A stretch of DNA of 64,000 nt from Candidatus Harrisonbacteria bacterium (lineage in GTDB: Bacteria; Patescibacteriota; Minisyncoccia; UBA6257; 1-14-0-10-44-23), in NCBI GenBank assembly GCA_023255625.1, contig JAHFLF010000001.1:94255-158254 (forward strand). The letters are read 5' to 3'. Made by a program: the position numbers and the translations under genes. Every line of letters begins with the position of its first letter. Within the stretch, counting starts at the first letter, position 1. This document shows, in pieces, positions 18,073 to 27,150 of the stretch. The notes under the pieces were generated by a model, which had not been told where the DNA came from, ran no database searches, and saw only the letters and a list, made by a program, of their open reading frames with translations.

Positions 18073-19803
18073 TCATGCCACCTCTTGCTGGTAACAGGGC
18101 TCACAGTAAACGATCTCGGGCTGTGTTGGCGCGTATGAAGTTTGAATAGGATCCTTGCACTTCTGGCACTCACGATCATAGACCTGGAGCTTGGTGCGCT
18201 GGCTAATGCGGGCAAAGTGGCGGCAGTTTGAGCAAAGCCTCGGGAGCGGCAGATTCATGCTGCGATAAAATGCGAGTTCATCAGGAAGTACGCGGAATGC
18301 AAGCGTACATTGGTCATTGCACGATCCGGCATGCTCGCAGCCAATAATATCTGCAGTAATAGCATCCGGAACGTCCTTAATATTATCCGGTAACTCACTC
18401 GCCGGCTTAGTCACTGTATAGTTGCGCTGTGCCGCATCGCGCCACGTAAAACCACTCGCTTGTGCCTGCTCTTTGGTAAGCGGAAAGTTCTCTTGTGCCA
18501 GCGTCTCGTTGTAGGCAAACGGCGAAAGCTCTGCCGGAAAATACTCGCCATATTTGTAAATCCTCCCCTGTGCATCTAGATATGGCATTGCATCCATCTG
18601 CGCCTTAATCTTTGCAACCAGCGCAACATACTCCTCTTTTGAATACTGCTTGTTTAAAATGCAGTACTCTTTTTTGCGGAGTCCAACGCAGCCAAATAAA
18701 TTTGATGAGGCCTGACACATATACGAATACTCAATGTCATGCACCTGCTCCTGCACGTTGTAGCAAAACTTGATGTTGTTGGTGCCGAGACCGCACGCAG
18801 TGCATTCATAAATCTGCTGGTTACCTGCTCCCCACGCAGTGTAGTCATAACAATCTTTGCTGGCGGGCGTCTCCTGTACATACTGACAGTAACGCAAATT
18901 CTCGCCTTCACGCACTAAAAATGAGTTGCGCACATTGCGAGAGTGGGAAATGTAATTGCCAGAAACATCGGTATTCTGCAGGCCATTAATATACTTATTG
19001 GGGAACTTCAGCCAGAACGCCCTCGCCTGCTCCCGCATAGCCTGCACGGCCGCATACGAACCAAGATTATATTCAGTAATCTTTTTCTCATACTCCTCCT
19101 TCGTATACTGCTCATTCCATATGCAGTAAGACTTTTTACGCAACCCGACGCAACCAAAACAGTTGCTTACGCCGACACAGTCTTTGGAAAATGCAATGTC
19201 GTACGAGCTCTCACATTGCGAAGAAAAAATCGCGTTGCGACACGAAGAAAGCCAAAATCCTTCATAGCATCGCTCAGACTTTTGAAGATGCGAATTATCA
19301 ACGCAATTCTTCACGCCGCCCAGCCCGTTGCCATACATGCAGTCCTCTGCGCCCTGGCCGTTGAAAGTTAAATAACAATTTTTTGGATCAGTAAAATTAT
19401 TCACATAATCACTATTCACGCCATTTACCACATTCAGATTTTTAAGCGGTACGCTGTGGAGCAATTCTTTGAACTGCTCAAAAAATGACTTTGCTTCATC
19501 AAAGTCGCGGCCATAGGTCATCGGGTCCCACAAATCAGAAAGCCAGACATCTTTTTCGTATACCTTCACGGACGAGTCGGGTGCAAAGGCAGAAAAAATA
19601 TCCTTGCCCGAATAATCACTCTTCCGTTTAAATAAAAATCGTTCATTACGAAACGCCATTCTGCGCTGTGCCCGACACAACCAACAAAACGTTGGCGGCG
19701 GCACCGAAACTTTTTTGTAAAATTCCAAATCAGCAGAATCAATAATGAAATCCTGTTTGCAGTTCTGGCAATTTCTAGTTTCCGAGGTTGTCATAGCTAC
19801 CAA
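18073..19803 (-). CDS. Cysteine-rich zinc-ribbon protein, paralog A (576 aa, unknown family)
   Basis: Many cysteines. N-terminal C-x2-C...C-x2-C (CQNCKQ...FCWLCR). Internal duplication FGCVGLRKKSYCIWNEQYTKEEYEKK / FGCVGLRKKEYCILNKQYSKEEYVAL. C-terminal CSNCRH...CQKCKD...YCEPCYQQEVA. Clearly homologous to 22898..24637. Confidence 0.65.
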   Translation of the reverse strand: MVAMTTSETRNCQNCKQDFIIDSADLEFYKKVSVPPPTFCWLCRAQRRMAFRNERFLFKRKSDYSGKDIFSAFAPDSSVKVYEKDVWLSDLWDPMTYGRDFDEAKSFFEQFKELLHSVPLKNLNVVNGVNSDYVNNFTDPKNCYLTFNGQGAEDCMYGNGLGGVKNCVDNSHLQKSERCYEGFWLSSCRNAIFSSQCESSYDIAFSKDCVGVSNCFGCVGLRKKSYCIWNEQYTKEEYEKKITEYNLGSYAAVQAMREQARAFWLKFPNKYINGLQNTDVSGNYISHSRNVRNSFLVREGENLRYCQYVQETPASKDCYDYTAWGAGNQQIYECTACGLGTNNIKFCYNVQEQVHDIEYSYMCQASSNLFGCVGLRKKEYCILNKQYSKEEYVALVAKIKAQMDAMPYLDAQGRIYKYGEYFPAELSPFAYNETLAQENFPLTKEQAQASGFTWRDAAQRNYTVTKPASELPDNIKDVPDAITADIIGCEHAGSCNDQCTLAFRVLPDELAFYRSMNLPLPRLCSNCRHFARISQRTKLQVYDRECQKCKDPIQTSYAPTQPEIVYCEPCYQQEVA

Positions 19804-19822
19804 CCTAATGATACCACCTAAC

Positions 19823-20989
19823 TTAACCTAAAAATTTCTCACTGTGTTTTACCAAATCAGTGTAATAGTTCATATATGAATCAGCCAAGGCTTGATCTTT
19901 TATTTCTATAACCGTCGGGATAGGATCAAAAATCTGCAAAAGTACGGTGCCATCGCTATTGATGTTAATATCAGCCATATTTTGCATGCTCCGCGAAAGT
20001 ATAGATAAATTATTTAAATGCGGACATTCTTTCGCGAGCCGCCTGTCTTCTTCACCATATTCATACATCAACATATCCCACGCAATATTCTTTTTGACAC
20101 GCAGTGCATCGTATTCTTTGTACGCGTTTCCCATCGGCCCGTACCATGTGTTTCCTAATCCCCCGATGATTGTAATCCGACTATTTTCAGGTAACCGATT
20201 GAGCAATGCTAAATGATATGCCTGAAACTCTTCCTTGCCGGAATATATTTTTACATTAGACGCGCCCAAGGAGGCGTTGGCAATGAAATTACTGATTCGT
20301 TTATTTTTTGACTCCAAAAGAAATTCATACGACTTTCCTTTTTTAATAATTTCCCCGTTTTCCATAAAGCAAACCGTATCGGCATTGGAAATGGCAAAAT
20401 TAATGTCATGTGCAACCATGAGAATACCGACGCCTCTTTTTTTAATCGCAACTAAGTGCGACAAAATAATTTCTGACTGCTCAACATCAAGCGAAGAGGT
20501 AATCTCGTCTAATAATAAATACTGCGGTTTGAGGGCAAGCGCGCGTACGAGCGCCACCCGTTGCCGCTGTCCGACCGAAGCCTCATTCGGAAAACGGTCA
20601 AGAAAACCTTTCATCTCAAACATTTCATAGAGCTCCTCAAGATACTCTGTGTTATCTTTTAAAGCGCCCCGCACTTCAAGTGGTAATTCAATATTTTTCC
20701 GAAGCGTCAGGTGCGGCCAAATAAACAATTGCTGAAAAACAACGGAAACCCGCGGCCACGGCGGGACAATGTCTTGAGGGGCCAGAGGGAAAGAGTATCC
20801 AGTAGAATCTATTGTCATTGTCCCTGTTTCGGGCAAATCCAACAAAGAGATTGCCTTGAGCAGTGTCGTCTTGCCGCTTCCGCTTGGGCCGATTATAGAA
20901 GTAATCGTTCCTGGTTTAACCTCTAAGCTAACGTTACGCAAAACAACATGGTCACCGAATTTTTTTGTTATGTTAGTTACTCGCAACAT
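19823..20989 (-). CDS. ABC transporter ATP-binding protein (amino-acid type) with ~140-aa C-terminal extension
   Basis: Walker A GPSGSGKTT, signature LSGGQRQRVALVRAL, Walker B LLLDEITSSLD. Start at MLRVTNITKKF (ATG ~20989), overlapping the permease stop. The extra C-terminal domain is unassigned. Confidence 0.85.
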   Translation of the reverse strand: MLRVTNITKKFGDHVVLRNVSLEVKPGTITSIIGPSGSGKTTLLKAISLLDLPETGTMTIDSTGYSFPLAPQDIVPPWPRVSVVFQQLFIWPHLTLRKNIELPLEVRGALKDNTEYLEELYEMFEMKGFLDRFPNEASVGQRQRVALVRALALKPQYLLLDEITSSLDVEQSEIILSHLVAIKKRGVGILMVAHDINFAISNADTVCFMENGEIIKKGKSYEFLLESKNKRISNFIANASLGASNVKIYSGKEEFQAYHLALLNRLPENSRITIIGGLGNTWYGPMGNAYKEYDALRVKKNIAWDMLMYEYGEEDRRLAKECPHLNNLSILSRSMQNMADININSDGTVLLQIFDPIPTVIEIKDQALADSYMNYYTDLVKHSEKFLG

Positions 20990-20990
20990 A

Positions 20991-21671
20991 TTATTTTTCG
21001 GACAAGTTTCTCGTGTATTTATTTTTGAACCAATATGCGAGTAGATTAAGCGGTAAGCAGATTGCGATGAAGAACACGGCAAGTGCTGTATAGATTTCTA
21101 TGGGCTTGTACACTACCGAGTTAATCTGTTGCGCCACACGAAAAAGCTCTGAGACAGAAATCAGACTGGCGAATAAAGTCAGTTGAAGCATGCTGACTTG
21201 CAGGGTAAGAAATTGCGGAATAGTCTGGCGAAAAATAATCGGCAGCTCTATTTTTGAAAAAATTTCTCTCGCTGTAAGTCCGCACACCTTCCCCGCGATC
21301 ACATACTGATCTGGAAAATCATCCAGCGCATCTCTAACTATTTGAGCAACGCCCACAATATTAATTAAGGAAAGTGCAAATGCTGCGGTTATGAATGGAA
21401 TAATCACGACCCCAAGAAGCGCTTGGAGTGGATAATGCAGCCAGAACAAAAGCACTAAAACTGGCGTACTCGCCAAAAGAAAAGAAAGAATTTTAAGAAA
21501 CCAACCGGTACTTTCTTTTTGCCGATGCGCAAACGCTCCAAAGAGTACGCCGAAAACCAAGCCCGAAAACCAAATAATCAGGCACAATCCAAGAGTTACA
21601 AGAAGGCCTGATAGCAGGCCTTCTTTGTAGGTGTAAATTATATTCCACACTGACATACGGTTACTTGGCAA
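20991..21671 (-). CDS. ABC transporter permease (polar amino-acid family)
   Basis: Multi-TM. EAA-like loop ...ALDDFPDQYVIAGKVCGLTAREIFSKIELP. Confidence 0.8.
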   Translation of the reverse strand: MPSNRMSVWNIIYTYKEGLLSGLLVTLGLCLIIWFSGLVFGVLFGAFAHRQKESTGWFLKILSFLLASTPVLVLLFWLHYPLQALLGVVIIPFITAAFALSLINIVGVAQIVRDALDDFPDQYVIAGKVCGLTAREIFSKIELPIIFRQTIPQFLTLQVSMLQLTLFASLISVSELFRVAQQINSVVYKPIEIYTALAVFFIAICLPLNLLAYWFKNKYTRNLSEK

Positions 21672-22539
21672 CTACATATGGCGGCGCAGCCCGGTAGAAA
21701 CCGCCCGGGTAGTCTTTTTCAAATCCGTTGATTACGCCGTCAACATAGCCGTTATTCAATAATTCAATAAGAGCATTATCAATGGTTGACTTGAATGTAA
21801 ACTCTCCCTTTTTGATCATCATGACATTGCCGTAGATGACGACCGGCTTAACAACGGAAACATTTTTTACTTTCCCGGGGTTATTTTTTATGTACGCATT
21901 GGCAACTGTCGGCTCTAAAAATGCCATATCAACTTTGCCATCAACAACATTGAGAAGCATTTGAGAAACGTCTGTCAGCTGCGGCAATTGGAGAGTCTTA
22001 GCATTTGGGAATTGGCGAGAAGCGATCAGTTGTGATGTTTCTCCGTCAATAGTCGCTAATTTATAATTTGCGTTATTCGCAACCGTTACATCACTGTTAA
22101 ATCTATTATCACTGGCGCGGACATATGCGTTAATAGCGCTATAGTAAACGGGCTCCGAAAACTCCGCACTTTTACCGCGTGTTGAATTACTCCACGACGG
22201 AGAACCGATAATGTCGCATTTGCTGGAATTAAGGGCTTCAATCATATCTCCCCAACCAACTTCGGTATTCCAATCAACTTTCAGGCCCATATTTTCTGCC
22301 GCCTTGTCCAACGTTTGCACGAACACACCTGATAATTTCCCGGTATTGGGGTCTTTAATAGAGGCCGGCGGGTAGACGACATAGCAAGCCCGTATAGTGC
22401 CGGAACTAATTACTCTGTCGTACACGGAACTCCCTGCTAAACTTACCGGCGAAGAACCGGACAATTTTATCGTAATTAAACTCACTACGACAGTCAGAAT
22501 CACAACGCCAAGGATTTTGAACCAATTTCCATTTTTCAT
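21661..22539 (-). CDS. ABC transporter substrate-binding protein (family 3 / PBPb, polar amino-acid type)
   Basis: N-terminal TM anchor/signal, then periplasmic-binding-protein type 2 fold motifs. Operon with permease and ATPase. Confidence 0.75.
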   Translation of the reverse strand: MKNGNWFKILGVVILTVVVSLITIKLSGSSPVSLAGSSVYDRVISSGTIRACYVVYPPASIKDPNTGKLSGVFVQTLDKAAENMGLKVDWNTEVGWGDMIEALNSSKCDIIGSPSWSNSTRGKSAEFSEPVYYSAINAYVRASDNRFNSDVTVANNANYKLATIDGETSQLIASRQFPNAKTLQLPQLTDVSQMLLNVVDGKVDMAFLEPTVANAYIKNNPGKVKNVSVVKPVVIYGNVMMIKKGEFTFKSTIDNALIELLNNGYVDGVINGFEKDYPGGFYRAAPPYVVAK

Positions 22540-22605
22540 AATTAATAAAGATATTTGATAATAATGATACCACGCTCATAGCGGCTCACTTTTGCCCGAC
22601 GAAAA

Positions 22606-22755
22606 CAAAAGAGCGCCCAACTTAGAGCCTTTCTCGGCTCGTGGTCGCTCAAATTCAGATCCGAAGGTGCGATCTCGCTTTCGTCCGCACGCTCAGATCA
22701 AAATTCAATACTACGCATTCAAGATAGCATGAATTCAAAATCCTGTCAATCCCCC
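22606..22755 (-). promoter_or_regulatory. Conserved ~110-nt 5' leader element, copy a (upstream of the ABC operon)
   Basis: Shares the core ...cagatcc.aag.gcgat.t.cg...c.cgctcagatc.aaa.tcaat.c... with 24700-24810 and 25375-25505. Minus-strand RNA ends in a U-rich tail right before the SBP start. Confidence 0.55.
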
Positions 22756-22800
22756 GCTGTTATACTAATTCCACGGCCGTTGAATTAGTATAACAGCGAC
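22756..22800. repeat. 17-bp perfect inverted repeat hairpin
   Basis: cgctgttatactaattc cacggccgt tgaattagtataacagcg, then ctttattttt. Confidence 0.55.
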
Positions 22801-22823
22801 TTTATTTTTACTAACTAACCGAC

Positions 22824-22897
22824 TCACGCCACCTCTTGCTGATAGCACCCCAGTACTAGAACCTGCTGGTTCAGTACGGGGCATGCTCAATACACAA
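22824..22897 (-). other. Insertion with a conserved 34-nt hairpin (22848-22881) plus a displaced original gene end (synonymous duplicate of the last 8 codons of gene B)
   Basis: Minus read: current end TGT TAT CAA CAA GAG GTA GCA TAA, then spacer + hairpin CCCCGTACTGAACCAGCAGGTTCTAGTACTGGGG, then TGC TAT CAG CAA GAG GTG GCG TGA (same CYQQEVA*, every difference at a third position), then the ggttagtt repeat as found after gene A. Confidence 0.6.
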
Positions 22898-24637
22898 TTA
22901 TGCTACCTCTTGTTGATAACATTCTATGCAATATACTTTTTCGGGCCGGTCGGGGGCGTACGAAGTTTCAAATTGATTTTGGCATTGGGTTTCACCGTGC
23001 TGGTGCGTGGCCGCTCCCGGGCACTGACACGAACGCGGCCAGAGTGTAAGAGGATTGCGTTTCGCAATGCGCTCATAATGGCGGCAGTTTGGGCAGAGCC
23101 GCGGCAATGGCAATGATGCAAGTTTATAGAGAGTCAGGTCTTCCGGCAAAATTCTGAATGCGGTCGTACACTGATGCATGCATCCGTTATGAGCACAACT
23201 TATAATTGCCTTGGTCACCTCATCGCCAGCATCTGCGGCAGAATCCGGCAACTCATCTGGCTGCATCGTAATTTTATAGTTACGCTGCGGTTCATCTCGC
23301 CAGCCATAGCCGGCCACAATAGCATCTTCTTTTGAGAGAGGGAAGAAATCGTGCCCCATTGTTTCGTTGTACACAAATGGCGACAAATCACTTGGAAAAA
23401 ATTCGCCGTACTTGTAGACAAGCCCGCGCTTATCAATATATGGCGTCGTGTCCATTTGCATTTTTATCTTTCCGACCATCGTCTCATACTCCTCTTTGGT
23501 GTATTGCTTGTTCAAAATACAGTACTGACTTTTTTTCATACCAACGCAACCAAACAAATCTTTAGATCCGTGGCAGTTCATGACATATTCGCAATCAATG
23601 ACTTGCTCCCAGCACTCATTGGCAAATTTTAAATTGGCTATTTGTCTACCACAGTTTTGAACTTCATACATACGCTCGGCCGTCGCTCCCCAATGGTTAA
23701 AATCCATTGAATCTTTTGCATCAAAAAGCGAAAGCCCGTACCGAACATTCTGAACATTACGACAGGTGAAAGAACGGGAGACATCCTGACAATGGTCAAT
23801 CCAGTTGCCGCTCACTCGCATCCCTTGGCGCACAACAAGAGCCGGGACAATGAACTGTCTTTTAAATTCATCAAATTTTTTGCGAAGCAGCTCAACGGAA
23901 CGAGCCGAATGTATATTGAGTTCAGCAATTTTTTTCTCATACTCCTCTTTAGTGTACTGTTCGTTCCATATACAGTACTGTTTATTTTTCAAATTTACGC
24001 AGCCGAAAGAATTTTGAACATTCATACAGTTCAGCAAAAACCACGAGTCCGAGCAGTTATTTGATTCTTGCGAAAAGGCAACGCTGTAGCACTGCGAACA
24101 ATCAATGCACTCATAACACCGCTCTGATTTTTGTGTGCCAAAACAATCTAAACACTCTTTTGAGGACATAATCCAGGTACTATACCGAGAGTTTTCCGCG
24201 CCGGTCGTTGCAAACACAAGATAACAATTTTTCATATCTGTTACCCGATTTGTATACTCACTATTGATACTCTGACCCTGCTTGATAATGCCCGGGCGAG
24301 GCACGGCAAGCAGCAATTCTTTGAACTGCTCGAAAAATGGCCGGGTAAAATCGTAATCGCGCGCATATGTTTTTGCATCCCACGACTCTGACCACCAGCA
24401 CGGATAGCAAAAAACAGAATGAGGGCTGTCTGGGCTGTACATCAAAATCTTTTCCTGCTTGCAAAGTCCGCATGGACGCTTAAATAGTGTTCGCTCACTA
24501 CGCCAAATAAATCGCCGGAGCAGCCGGCACTGCGGACAAAATGTCGGCTCGGGTACTTTAAGCATGGTTAAAAACTCCGTGTCCTCCGCGGTAATTTCAA
24601 ACTGCTGCTTGCACTGCTGACAATTTTTTGCTGCCAT
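22898..24637 (-). CDS. Cysteine-rich zinc-ribbon protein, paralog B (579 aa)
   Basis: Same architecture as 18073..19803 (~45 % identity by eye). Internal duplicate FGCVNLKNKQYCIWNEQYTKEEYEKK / FGCVGMKKSQYCILNKQYTKEEYETM. Extra N-terminal CGLCKQ...CYPC ribbon. C-terminal ...YCIECYQQEVA. Confidence 0.65.
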   Translation of the reverse strand: MAAKNCQQCKQQFEITAEDTEFLTMLKVPEPTFCPQCRLLRRFIWRSERTLFKRPCGLCKQEKILMYSPDSPHSVFCYPCWWSESWDAKTYARDYDFTRPFFEQFKELLLAVPRPGIIKQGQSINSEYTNRVTDMKNCYLVFATTGAENSRYSTWIMSSKECLDCFGTQKSERCYECIDCSQCYSVAFSQESNNCSDSWFLLNCMNVQNSFGCVNLKNKQYCIWNEQYTKEEYEKKIAELNIHSARSVELLRKKFDEFKRQFIVPALVVRQGMRVSGNWIDHCQDVSRSFTCRNVQNVRYGLSLFDAKDSMDFNHWGATAERMYEVQNCGRQIANLKFANECWEQVIDCEYVMNCHGSKDLFGCVGMKKSQYCILNKQYTKEEYETMVGKIKMQMDTTPYIDKRGLVYKYGEFFPSDLSPFVYNETMGHDFFPLSKEDAIVAGYGWRDEPQRNYKITMQPDELPDSAADAGDEVTKAIISCAHNGCMHQCTTAFRILPEDLTLYKLASLPLPRLCPNCRHYERIAKRNPLTLWPRSCQCPGAATHQHGETQCQNQFETSYAPDRPEKVYCIECYQQEVA

Positions 24638-24699
24638 AAAAAATAACTACTATTATATTAATTAATAGTAGCATTGGCAGCTGCGCGAGGACTGGTCGC

Positions 24700-24810
24700 A
24701 CAACAAAAAGCGGCAAAATATATTGCTCGCTTCAATCCAGATCTAAACGCGCGATTTTCGACTATCCTCACGCTCAGATCCAAACTCAATGCTCTATGAT
24801 TACTTTAGCA
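24700..24810 (-). promoter_or_regulatory. Conserved 5' leader element, copy b (upstream of Cys-rich paralog B)
   Basis: Minus-strand RNA has stems GAUCUGAGCG / CGUUUAGAUC (compensatory pairs relative to the other copies). A terminator-like AAGCGAGCAA..UUGCCGCUU + UUUGUUGU sits ~60 nt before the ATG. Confidence 0.55.
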
Positions 24811-24875
24811 CTGATTGAGCGCCTTGTAAATGTTCGCGGGCCGGCACACCTTGCGGTGGCCGGCCCGGAATTGCT

Positions 24876-25349
24876 TCATGGGTCTCTCCTTGTTGCTTGA
24901 GCTACGAGCGGCGCCAAGACCCTCGTCAAGCTCTTGGCGGCTGCGCCACTGCAGTCGATAGGGGCAACCAAACTACTAAGCGCATCAAGCCACTCCGGGT
25001 CTTGAGGGGTAGTAACCAACATGAATAGCTGGCAAAGCACCTTCCCTCTCGAGCCATCGCTCGGTCGCCCATACTCTAACGCCTCAACGGTATCCTGCAA
25101 GGAACCCCAGAACATGTGAATGCAGGAGTTGCTAGCAGGCCACTCGTGGGCACAACCGTCATGGCTCTCAGCGATTGTCCTCTGAGTCTTGCCATCGTTG
25201 AACTCAAGGCGGGCCCGGCCGTTGCCGTCTTTCAAAAATCCGACAACGAAGTACGGGAAACCGTCACCCATGGGCCCGGTTCGGATCTTCCGCGTCGCCA
25301 CAACCTCCCATCCGTCGAACGCCCGAATGCTCTTATCGATCTTGCTCAT
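24876..25349 (-). CDS. hypothetical protein, high-GC (157 aa from MSKIDKS)
   Basis: GC-rich island 24840-25350. Preceded by leader copy c. Confidence 0.4.
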   Translation of the reverse strand: MSKIDKSIRAFDGWEVVATRKIRTGPMGDGFPYFVVGFLKDGNGRARLEFNDGKTQRTIAESHDGCAHEWPASNSCIHMFWGSLQDTVEALEYGRPSDGSRGKVLCQLFMLVTTPQDPEWLDALSSLVAPIDCSGAAAKSLTRVLAPLVAQATRRDP

Positions 25350-25374
25350 TGTCCACCTCTTTAGTTTTGGAGAA

Positions 25375-25505
25375 AAAACAAAAAGAGCCCTCAACGCGAG
25401 TGCTCAAATACAGATCCTAAAGCGCGATTTTCGACTATCCTCGCCGTAAGACCTACATTCAATGACAAAATAAGATTAGCATATCATAGCCAATCTGTCA
25501 ATCTC
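25375..25505 (-). promoter_or_regulatory. Conserved 5' leader element, copy c
   Basis: 22 nt (agcgcgattttcgactatcctc) identical to copy b. Minus RNA ends GAGCACUC GCGUU GAGGGCUC UUUUUGUUUUUU, a terminator-like hairpin plus U-run just upstream of the ORF. Confidence 0.55.
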
Positions 25506-25634
25506 TATTTACCTATTCGTACGAATGAGGGCATAGAAAAATCCCTCACCGCCTGGTGGCGGTACTCCCTTTAGACGCGGACAACAAATCCCTCACCGCT
25601 ACTGCGGTCCCCTCCCTTTAGGAAAGGGAGAATA

Positions 25635-26339
25635 CTACACCAACGGCCTGCGTTGCTTTTCAATAATTTCAAGTGCTTTTTTGGCTGCGTCTACCTCGCC
25701 GTCTTGTTTGGATGGCCCGCTCCCCTGTGCAACCAGTTTGTCACCAAAATACACGCCAATCGTAAACATTTTTTTGTGGTCAGGCCCTTCTGAAGATAAT
25801 ACTTTGTATACCGGCGTAACTTTAAGCGAGGCCTGCACCTTTTCTTGCAGCAAACTTTTTGCGTCAACATGAAGCGCGTTACGGATAATATCCTCAAGCC
25901 GACTCGTCACAAAGGTGTTAATAAACTTTTTGGCCGCTTTATACTCCCCGTCTAAATAAATGGCGCCAATGAGTGACTCAAATGCATTGGCTAGAATAAC
26001 CTCACGGGCACGCCCGGTGTCTTTCGCCTCACCGCGAGAAAGCAAGACGGCTCCGTCAATCCCGATGCCGCGGGCAACTTCAGCAAGCGTTACATAGTTA
26101 ACGAGCGCAGCACGCACCGAAGTCATCCAGCCCTCTTCTTTGTCTGGGTAGCGATTAAACAGCTCCTCGGTAATCACAAGCTCAAGCACGGCGTCGCCCA
26201 AAAATTCCAGCCGCTCGTTGTTGGCTATCTTCCACTCCGGATGCTCGTTTAAGTAGGAGCGGTGCGTGAGCGCCTCCTGGAGGAGAGCGACACTTGAGAA
26301 CTTATATTTGATTGTTTTCTGGAATTCTTCTTGTTGCAT
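25635..26339 (-). CDS. rnc: Ribonuclease III
   Basis: NERLEFLGDAVLELVITEELF RNase III signature plus C-terminal dsRBD. Confidence 0.92.
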   Translation of the reverse strand: MQQEEFQKTIKYKFSSVALLQEALTHRSYLNEHPEWKIANNERLEFLGDAVLELVITEELFNRYPDKEEGWMTSVRAALVNYVTLAEVARGIGIDGAVLLSRGEAKDTGRAREVILANAFESLIGAIYLDGEYKAAKKFINTFVTSRLEDIIRNALHVDAKSLLQEKVQASLKVTPVYKVLSSEGPDHKKMFTIGVYFGDKLVAQGSGPSKQDGEVDAAKKALEIIEKQRRPLV

Positions 26340-26423
26340 ATATCGTAGGAGCTTGTCAGCTGTTCAGCTTATCAGCTTTGCCAGCTTTTAGAAACCTACC
26401 TGACAAGCTAAAAAGCTAACTAG

Positions 26424-26861
26424 CTAAGAAGATTTCTCTTCTTCTTTCATTTTCTGATACACCGTGCCGAGAACGCCATTAATGAATTTGCCCGAGTTTG
26501 GCCCGCCATAACTTTTTGCCAGCTCAATCGCCTCGTCAATCGCTACTGCTGGCGGCACCTCTTTGCGATCCGCATACTTCAATTCATAAAGTCCGATCCG
26601 AAGCGCATTACGATCAATTACTGCGATTTGTTCAATCGGCCACTCCGGCGCGGCTTCAACAATCAATTTGTCAATTTCAACCAGATGCTCGACAATACCG
26701 TGAGCAATCTTGGCCGTAAATTCTTTTTCTCTCTCAAGCCCAGGCCCAAACTCCATGCTATTGCGCGCGATAATATCGTCAAGATTAATTTTGCGGCCTT
26801 CAAAATCCCACTCGTAGAGGGATTGAAGAACTATTGAGCGGGCGAGTTGTCGTGATGCCAT
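26424..26861 (-). CDS. nusB: Transcription antitermination factor NusB
   Basis: [14 protein letters not shown]...[12 protein letters not shown] NusB helices. Confidence 0.85.
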   Translation of the reverse strand: MASRQLARSIVLQSLYEWDFEGRKINLDDIIARNSMEFGPGLEREKEFTAKIAHGIVEHLVEIDKLIVEAAPEWPIEQIAVIDRNALRIGLYELKYADRKEVPPAVAIDEAIELAKSYGGPNSGKFINGVLGTVYQKMKEEEKSS

Positions 26862-27110
26862 ACAGTATTCGCAAACACGCTAATAAAAACTAATACGCTA
26901 ATCATACACGAAGTCAATCAATTCGTGTATTCGCGATTATTCGCGTGTTAGTGATTGCTGGCCCACTTCTTCGGAATAATCCGATGCGGAAATGTCGGCA
27001 TCTTTGTCGCCTTGTCTGCAACAATGTTCAGCGGCTTGAGCGCTAAATGAGAACGGCGGCGGCGGACTTTTCCGCTTGTCGGATGTTTTGGAGGTAGTGA
27101 ACCCATATAA

Positions 27111-27150
27111 ACTAGTTAATCGGTTAGTCAGTTAGTTGGTTAGTTAGTTT
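27111..27150. repeat. TTAGTTAG-type repeat cluster
   Basis: ctagttaatcggttagtcagttagttggttagttagttt. Confidence 0.5.

Noticed and set aside
26950-27108. 52-aa minus-strand ORF upstream of nusB (MGSLPPKHPTSGKVRRRRSHLALKPL...)
   Set aside because: Basic and ribosomal-protein-like in flavour, but does not match L34/L35/L36 signatures I know. Below the track cutoff, so left uncalled.
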